A stretch of DNA of 64,000 nucleotides from Trichoplax adhaerens (taxonomy: Eukaryota > Animalia > Placozoa). The notes under the pieces were generated by a model that was not told where the DNA came from, made no database searches, and saw only the letters and a list, made by a program, of their open reading frames with translations. Position numbers and translations under genes: made by a program. Where the stretch lies: assembly GCF_000150275.1 (NCBI RefSeq), contig NW_002060980.1, positions 158,962 through 222,961 on the forward strand. The letters run 5' to 3'. Each line of letters opens with the position of its first letter. The stretch's first letter is position 1. This document shows positions 55,736 to 64,000 of the stretch, piece after piece.

Positions 55736-56175
55736 TACAGTACAGTATAGTACACTGAGTACAGTAGAGTACAATTGTACAGTACTGTACAGTACTGTAC
55801 TGTAAAACTACAGTATACTGTACTGTAAAGTAAATGTATTGTACAGTACACTGTACTGTAATGCGCCGTCAACGCTACAGGAATCATACAGTAGCAAAAA
55901 TGATGTCGCTATGATGCGTACTGCTCTACAGTATACAGTACACTGAGTACAGTACAGTGTTCCAGCGGGAAATGCGGTGCCACTACGTACAGGATGATAA
56001 AGTAATTGCGGTGTGATATTACTATACAACGCATTTCCTACTGGAAATATAGTACTGTACACTATTGTACAGTACTATATTGTATACTGCAGTAACAGTA
56101 CCTATCATAGCGACATCATTTTTGCTACTGTATGATTCCTGTACTGTACTGTATGTATTGCACTGTACTGTAGAG
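55736..56175. promoter_or_regulatory. TACTG/CAGTA array containing a long inverted repeat upstream of YIF1
   Basis: Pentamer arrays; perfect 40 bp inverted arms at 55876-55915 and 56104-56143; inner arms ttccag..ggaaatgcg / cgcatttcc..ctggaa. Confidence 0.7.
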
Positions 56176-56214
56176 TGTAGAACTATCTTGTACGGATGAC
56201 CTGCAAAGACCATC

Positions 56215-58882
56215 ATGGATCCTCCGTTAAACTACGACAACGGTTAGTTGAGTTATAAATCCGACTATCAATCTTTAAACTACTTTGATCTTGGTTCATT
56301 TTTACACATCAGCCTCTATCTTATAATGCTATACTGTATGAGTACAATGGATAAGGTGTTGCTTGAGAAACCCAACATAGTTTAGAAGATTCTAAAATAC
56401 GTCCGGTACACGAAATCGCTTACTGTAATACTGCACTCACTGCCGCAAACTCGGCTGTACTGTACTGTACAGAACGAAACCCTCAGCCGTGTATGGCTTT
56501 CCAGTCCTTGTGTATTAGTTGAATTCTATAAATCAGATATTTCATACATGTAGAATGATTATGATTAGGATATTCTTGAATATTTTGCGACTGTACAGTA
56601 TATTGTCGAAAACGATAGTATCTTAAAGCAAGAAAAGAAATTCCAACGAATACTGTCTTGATTATTTTATACTTTAGTTAACAAATACTCTACTTTGGTA
56701 TAGCGGTTTCTAACCTATTCACTAAGAATGATGATCAGTGATCTGCGCTAGGAACTTAGGAATCATCTTTTTTTGTTTATATCTGGACTTGCAGATTGGA
56801 GTAGCAACGATGACAGTTTTCTTGAAGGGTAGTACTTTTTTTGCCTATTTATGAAGATTTACAATCTTTTATGATAGTTTGAAGCATTCATTTATTAAAA
56901 TCGAAGATGACAATCAGTCTATCTGATTCTGTAGTAGATATTATGCTGAACAAATTGCGCATATATTACCATACAACAATTTTTGCACTTTCATTGTTAT
57001 ACAAGAGTGCCTGGGTTAGTCAGAATTAGTGTAGTAGGTCTTAATCAATTCCGGATATGTAGTATGTAAACTTTCTTCACATACTGTTCGATGACTAATT
57101 GGTGTGATTATTCTTAATGATAATTAGTTCATCATCGTAGCCAATATCCAGATAATACGGGTTCATCGGAATATTACAACCCGGTAAATTCACAGCAGTT
57201 CTTCGATGACACAAGCGGACAGGGCAACTATCGTGGTGATGCCAATTCACCACCTCCATCGACCGTGCCTAATAAAATGTTTACTGACCCTCTTGCTAGC
57301 ATGGCGCTCCAGTACGGTAGTAATATTGCAACTTCTGGCCAGGAATATGTTAACAGTAACGTAAGAACACTTTACCGTATTACAGATTTATACACACTTT
57401 CCCGTAATTAATTTGAATATCCAATGGAATTATTGAGCTGTATTTACCGATCAAATGTATCTTTCATGGCTGCATGACTGTAGTTTGCTAGATTTATTCC
57501 AGTTACGAGCCTGAAATACTACTTTGCTGTGGATAATTCCTACGTTTTTCGTAAACTCCTCCTCTTATTGCTACCTTATGCACATGCGGTAAGTACTCTG
57601 GTGGAAAATTTTAACCCATAACAGGATAAACTGCGTACGCTATTTTAAAATAAAATTGACGTACTGTACTTCAATGATACAATACAATGATGATTTATTA
57701 AATCAATAGCAAATACTGAATAATTTACAAATTGATAGGCGAGTGATATGTAATTATATGGCAACAGCTGTAATTAAGTTAAGTTATTCAAGTAAAGATA
57801 TTGCATTTGACTAGTTATTGTACAGTAATATTTCAAAATTTTACTGGAAAACTGCTTTAGGTCTGATTTTAATCCTTAATTATTATAGGACTGGTCAATT
57901 AGGTATGCCAAATCAGAACCGGTGGCACCGAGACATGAAATTAATGCTCCAGATTTATACATACCGCGTTAGTTATATTAATATCCAATTTTCGATGTTC
58001 TGAATAGACAGCAAAGTGAAACAAAATTCTTGACAATATCACTTGATAATTCTCGTTTGATCTAAATTGCAGTTATGGCATTCGTCACTTACGTCATTAT
58101 CTCCGGTTTGGTTCTTGGAGTTCAAGATAAGTAAGTTAGACATTTATTGACGTACTAACGCGCAAGCATCAGTATTATTACAAGTGCTTCTTATTTATTG
58201 AAGCCTCCTGATCATCTAATCTATTATACAAATTTTATTGGCATATATGACAGATTTTCACCTGAACATTTAGGAATAATCGCTAGCACAGCCTTTGTGA
58301 TGGAATTCCTAGCCGTGTGCTTAATCTTTGTCACTCTTTATTTCATGAACATCAATTCCGCTATTAAAACATTTGACCTAATTGCGTTTTTTGGCTATAA
58401 ATATGTCGGGTAAAGCTTAAAACATCATTAAAGAATACTCGTTCATTAGCTTATAGAAAAGTAAACGTAGCTGTAAAAAAGTATGTTTAACAAAATTAGA
58501 ATCTATTAATGGCATTGAAAATATTGTATATATTTACCAGTTATTATATTAATCAACAGAATGATCTTCTGCATTGTTATTGGTGTGCTTACAAACAGTC
58601 TCGGATACTATTGCACTCTTGGTTGGACAGGTTTGGCCGTTAGCTTTTTCCTGGTAAGGTTACTAAATGTTTCAGCATTCTTGTTAGCGGATTAATGAGA
58701 ATAAAATTAAAATCGAGTTTATATCCGATTATTAGGTTCGCACTTTACGATTAGTTATTTCTCAGGAAGCGACGTCAAACGTAATGGGTCCTGTCGGCAA
58801 AAAAAGGATTTACGTTTTGATTATGATAGCATTATTGCAACCGATTATAATGTATTGGCTAACCTATCAGTTTATTAAGTAA
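56215..58882 (+). CDS. YIF1: Protein YIF1 (Yip1-interacting ER-Golgi membrane protein)
   Basis: Eight exons (56215-56242, 57128-57360, 57484-57588, ~57889-57967, ~58073-58130, 58254-58409, 58560-58653, 58736-58882). Motifs [52 protein letters not shown]. Confidence 0.93.
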
Positions 58883-59145
58883 TGGAGATCTACTACAAAC
58901 AATATAAGGATTAGATGTTATGTGGTTCATAAAACATGAATATTGAAAATACATTATTTTGTACAGTCATAAAACTATTTTAACTTGTTACTTCAAATTT
59001 CACTATTAGGATAAAACTCGTAAATTATTAAAATATACTTTAAATTGATTTGTACTGATTGGTGGTACATTGATGGTAATGGTCAAGTTTTTTAAAACTA
59101 ATAAACGGAGACAAAGCAACACTTGCACAGATATTTTCTTCAAAA

Positions 59146-59350
59146 CTTTATTTTTTATCAATCGTTATTAAAATTTTAGATATTCAAAATAGAACGTTGG
59201 CTTGATAGGTACTGTAACGTAGATGTATACGCAGCTTTATTTTTTCATCAACCGTTATTAAAATTTTAGATATTCATGTCACCAATATTTAGAGCTATTG
59301 AAAGATATTGTTATAGAACGATGGCTTGATATACTGTAATGTAAAAGTAT
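59146..59350. repeat. Short direct duplication (~90-110 bp x2)
   Basis: ctttatttttt..atcaa.cgttattaaaattttagatattca...atagaacg.tggcttgata..tactgtaa.gta occurs twice. Confidence 0.75.
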
Positions 59351-60597
59351 AGGTACTTTTAGAATCCCTAGTAACTCATGCGGTTATAGTTTATAGTCTA
59401 TGCGTATTAAATTTCTGTGATAGCTGTGAACTGTGAAGTTACATTTAGCATAACGCACATATATTATATCCACTATAGCGTAGATTAATTGTATATTATG
59501 ATTACCAGCATTATGACAATTACAAGCCACTAACAATAATGCAGTTTAATAATCAAATTGAATATTTTATTTAATTGTAGTATAGCTTGTTTTAAAATCT
59601 TGCTAAATAGGGAATAAAACTGCTAGTTTTGACTTACGAATTATTGCAATCAGAACTTGTGATAGGTGTATTGTCTACATAGTGCAATATAGGCATACAC
59701 TATGTGATCGATAACATAGACTAGTATAGAGAAGCAAGAGGTTCCGGATGAACCAGGCAATAGATAATATGAAGATGTATTTTTCAGTGCTAATGTTGGA
59801 GAATATCATTATAATCGTTGGTAAAAAGCTGTTATATTGATGTTAAGATATCGAGATTGGAGATTATTTTTTGATGCTACTTATATTTACATTCGCACAA
59901 TAAAAGTGTAATAATCTCAAGACAATATGTATAAATAATCTAAAATTAGGTTATAGCACAATGTTGAGCCTAATACGATTTTATACTACTTCCAGAATAA
60001 TTTATAACTTTTATCAATTTGCAAAGAGGAGTAAAAGTAAAATTTTCTAAGAGTGAGTTGGAAGTTATTTTAGCCGTTTAAAAATTTATCTATTGTAATA
60101 AACTGTGATCACTGTTGAACAATTTAACAAAGTGTAAAACTTGAAATTTAAAAACGATGTATAATTTAAATATCTAAATCATTCATTTTCGCAGTGTAAA
60201 CGAGCACCTGCAAAGAAATACACATCTTGGCAACATAGCCTACTGGACATATAGAAAGTGAAATCTTGAAAATACAGAATACATGATACCGCTTTGCAAA
60301 ACTTGTAGATACTTACATAAATGTTGCCAAAACTGGTAGAGCAGTGCGTGTTAACATGTATCATTTACTATACGATTTATTAAAACAAATCCTTACGCAT
60401 CTACTCATATGTTAATTGTAACATATCACACACTGTAACGCAGAATAAAAAATCCAGCAATCAGAATTATTCAAACAAAATGCATACACTATATTATAAA
60501 AATTTCAGTTCGTAACCTACTTTAGCTACAATGGCACAAATAAAAACTTTGTCTTTTTTATTATTGCGGATTTTATGCCTATTAGCTTAGATAAACG

Positions 60598-62362
60598 CTA
60601 CTGAATCTGTCCATAAGGACCGTCTCCGTATATTCCTAAGTATCTCATCAGAAGCGGTGAGATATAGGTTACGGTAAAACCAATGATGCCATAATTAATA
60701 AATCTGTAAGGTAGTTCAACTGCAGCTCTCTTGCTCGGTTCTACTTCAGATTTGGGTAAGATCAATGGAAGAATTGTGAATATGATACTTTTCATAACAG
60801 CTCGTAAAGGTACAATAATAATAATAACAAACGTCCATCTTAAAATGGCCATAGCTATGGAGTCAAGTGTTGGTATGCTAATAGGACGTGGAAATTGAAA
60901 GCCTTCCTCTGGTAGTCTCCCCAATGTGCGACACTGCAGCCACAAACCTATACAAGCTCCAACAGAACCGGATAAAATCATTGTAGTATCGCCACGAGTG
61001 CTTGTCCAACGATCTTTTGGAGCTGGATATAATAATACTAAGATTATAGATACTATTAATATAACTACAGGCGAGTACGGAGATGATAATATCCACACAT
61101 CCAAATCATTCATTAATAAAGATCCAGTTATTACAATCGGCAATGTCATCAGGACACCAACAATAACTTGCTGTATTACCGTATGGCAAAGGAATACAGA
61201 AGATATCAAGTTAGAGAATGATTAGCAGATCTATGATCTTGCTATTCTTGTTATACTACTATGACATAACCTACAATAAATAGCATCGAAGGATGCAGGT
61301 AGCAACGTAACAATACTGTATATATGATAAGTCTATGTATTGTAAGAGGATGTAATTGGCTATACTTAAGTATACACATTAATATCTCTACATAATTACA
61401 CAAAATTATGGTATTCTTGATGCTTTTATACAAGTATAGATGCTAATAAACCATACGAATTTACGAATACTAACCCACAAGTCATGCATCCCTAGGTATA
61501 ATCTTGATAAGCAAACAAGAATCGTCCAAGAACAGGCAATCGTAATACCTAACCATTTCGGATACTATCAGAGTAATTAAACAGTTCCATGTTAATTATA
61601 AAATGTCTGCGTTGCATCCATCATAGAAAAGCGTACTGGGAGCTGTGCTCAGATAATCGTAACTTATGAATATGCGAGCTTTGCTGGTTGCTGCAGTATA
61701 CATTCGTAAGAGTACATAGTTCTTAATTAAACAATAATACAGAACGTGTATACTGTAAAGAGTGTAAGTTACGGGCAAACTCTGAAGTAATATCTCATTT
61801 CTTAATATGCATATGCAATGCATACCTCGTAACGCAGGTAAGTGCTATAGAATAATGCAAACGGCATCGCTGTTCCCATCATAGCATGGGTGGAAGGCAT
61901 ACCATATTCAGTGTCATAGCGAGATTCTAATCTGGCAACTGGAGGAGATGGAGGTCTAGGTTGTTTGATGATGTCTTTGGCAGCCTGTCCAATGTACATA
62001 ACAAGGCACCAATAATAGCAACCTTGTCGAAATGCACACTGATCGATATTAAATAACAGGAAAGGGAAAACAATGACGTAGAAACCTTCATTACATAAAA
62101 ACGCTCCAGCGTGGAATAGCGCGTGAAGGAATCTATTGGTAATCAGATAATTTATGACGGATGGATCATCTTGCCTACTTTTCAGCTTTTTCGCAGGATT
62201 ATTACCGTGGCGCCGCTTTTTGGGATAGTTGCTTGAAGACTCGTCCGAGGTGCAATTACCAATCGAATCGTTAGACGAGTTAGATAAAACCTGAACGCCA
62301 CATAGTTTTTGAAAATCGACTACGAGAGTAGGATTACTAAAGAAAGTGGCTACGCTATTCAT
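60598..62362 (-). CDS. SGPP1: Sphingosine-1-phosphate phosphatase (PAP2 family)
   Basis: Exons 62362-61826, 61564-61475, 61170-60598. PAP2 motifs KDIIKQPRP, EYGMPSTHAM, SRLYLGMH, plus TRGDT and VELPYRF typical of SGPP1/2. Confidence 0.92.
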
Positions 62363-62879
62363 TTCTAAACTTCAATTAAAACTGATTCGAATAGTTATTT
62401 CAATCTCAAACTTGTATAATACTGTGCATCCACTAGTTGAGTCGAATTTCAGATCGCGGATGCTTCTACTGTACCCCACTTTTTAAGTAATCGTATAGTA
62501 CTGTACTGTATTTAGTAATTTATTTATTTACTATCTAACATTGAGAAGCTGGCGTATGTATGAAGGCTGTAAGATTAACGTCACGAGGGTGGACTGGACT
62601 TGACAGGACACATACGGTACCGTACTAGGCTCTGTACACATATTACACCATAACAAGTACAGCAGTGGCGTTGCTGATTGCCAATGCCTACTGCACGCTA
62701 TTCTGTCCAGTGTGCAGGTCAAAGTCTCGATGTCTTGACCAGCAGACATACTGTATACCCACAGTCCCACATGCACTTTCAATCAACACAAGGTTGCTCT
62801 ACGCATGTGAAGAACAATACAGTACAGTATAAGACGTATTGCTGTACCCTCTGTAAAAAATCTAAATTGATACTACGCA

Positions 62880-63581
62880 TGCGGGAGTAAATTGTTGAGG
62901 GAATTTCAAAGACCGATTATCCGGTTTATCTTAGCCGTTTTCGACTGTTTATATGAGGAGTAAAATTCGAAATCGGAAAAAATACTCCAATAGCGTTTTG
63001 ATCATATACCAGTCTAATCCACTGGGTCAATTGGTCGAACAAATCTCTATCATCGACAGTCAGTTGATATAAGCCATTAGTAAGGCAGTAAATCGAACAA
63101 TCTTGTCTCATTACTGCTAGACTAAGGCTATGTGACTGTAATCTATACAATTGCTGTAAGATCATTGCGATCGAACACAACTGTATGCATCAATCGCGAT
63201 GCAAATCGCTTACGATGTGGTTGTATGTGATAGGCAATGCCAATCTATACAAACCTAGCAAATTGAAACCTTGTGTTTCATCAAATACTGTGTATGCACT
63301 ATGAATCTTCAACATTGATTTTATCGATCGATTGAAAAACTTCATGGGTTACCAGTAAGGAGAAGTGTCAAAGATGTGGCAAATAAAATAGGTATTTCTT
63401 ACTTCATTCCCGTGACGGAAATGTCAAGTAAGATTAGATACCTTGATACAAATTGTTGTAGCACTATGAGCTATCATTGTATTTTGATAGTTCAACAGAG
63501 TAATTTATAGTTCAATTGTGCAAGATTGTACTTATTTTAAGTACTTGATTGTGAATTGAGTATAATTGCTTTGTGAATAGC
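62880..63581 (+). other. Probable 5' external transcribed spacer of the rDNA unit
   Basis: Non-coding sequence directly 5' of the 18S start. The left boundary is a guess. Confidence 0.5.
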
Positions 63582-64000
63582 AACCTGGTTGATCCTGCCA
63601 GTAGTCATATGCTTGTCTCAAAGATTAAGCCATGCATGTCTAAGTATAAGCACTTGTACTGTGAAACTGCGAATGGCTCATTAAATCAGTTATCGTTTAT
63701 TTGATCGTACATTACTACATGGATAACCGTGGTAATTCTAGAGCTAATACATGCGAAAAGTCCCGACTTTGCGGAAGGGATGTATTTATTAGATCAAAAA
63801 CCAATGCGGGCTTGCCCGGTGTTTGGTGATTCATAATAACTTATCGAATCGCATGGCCTTGTGCCGGCGATGCTTCATTCAAGTTTCTGCCCTATCAACT
63901 TTCGATGGTAAGGTATTGGCTTACCATGGTTACAACGGGTAACGGAGAATTAGGGTTCGATTCCGGAGAGGGAGCCTGAGAAACGGCTACCACATCCAAG
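63582..64000 (+). rRNA. 18S rRNA: 18S ribosomal RNA, 5' part (truncated by window)
   Basis: Canonical start AACCTGGTTGATCCTGCCAGTAGTCATATGCTTGTCTCAAAGATTAAGCCATGCATG and the conserved GATTCCGGAGAGGGAGCCTGAGAAACGGCTACCACATCC. Confidence 0.99.

Noticed and set aside
62531-63180. Short ORFs between SGPP and 18S
   Set aside because: They lie in promoter/rDNA spacer sequence, with no protein features.

Overview
AT-rich, compact-intron animal genomic DNA. The 18S sequence and gene architecture suggest a non-bilaterian, probably a placozoan (Trichoplax-like); this is inference. In order, the window holds: (1) a tandem cluster of UPF0764/C16orf89 (DUF4735)-like genes, made of one 5'-truncated copy and three complete copies on + (1-18.2 kb), a pseudogene at 27.7-29.0 kb and a divergent inverted copy at 49.3-52.9 kb; (2) a Dmrt gene with DM and DMA domains; (3) a decayed ~105-110 bp tandem repeat, possibly an LRR-gene relic; (4) a complete multi-exon ATM kinase gene on -; (5) YIF1 on +; (6) sphingosine-1-phosphate phosphatase SGPP on -; (7) the 5' ETS and start of 18S rRNA. 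The most notable signals are these. The C16orf89-like paralogs are type-I membrane proteins with cytosolic YxxPhi sorting tails and varied furin sites and conserved residues, and one copy is frameshifted off its anchor. TACTG/CAGTA arrays sit at the housekeeping gene starts, including a ~270 bp fold-back directly upstream of YIF1. The Dmrt has a divergent DM tail and possible alternative 3' ends. An rDNA unit begins ~1.2 kb from a Pol II gene. All exon boundaries were read by eye.
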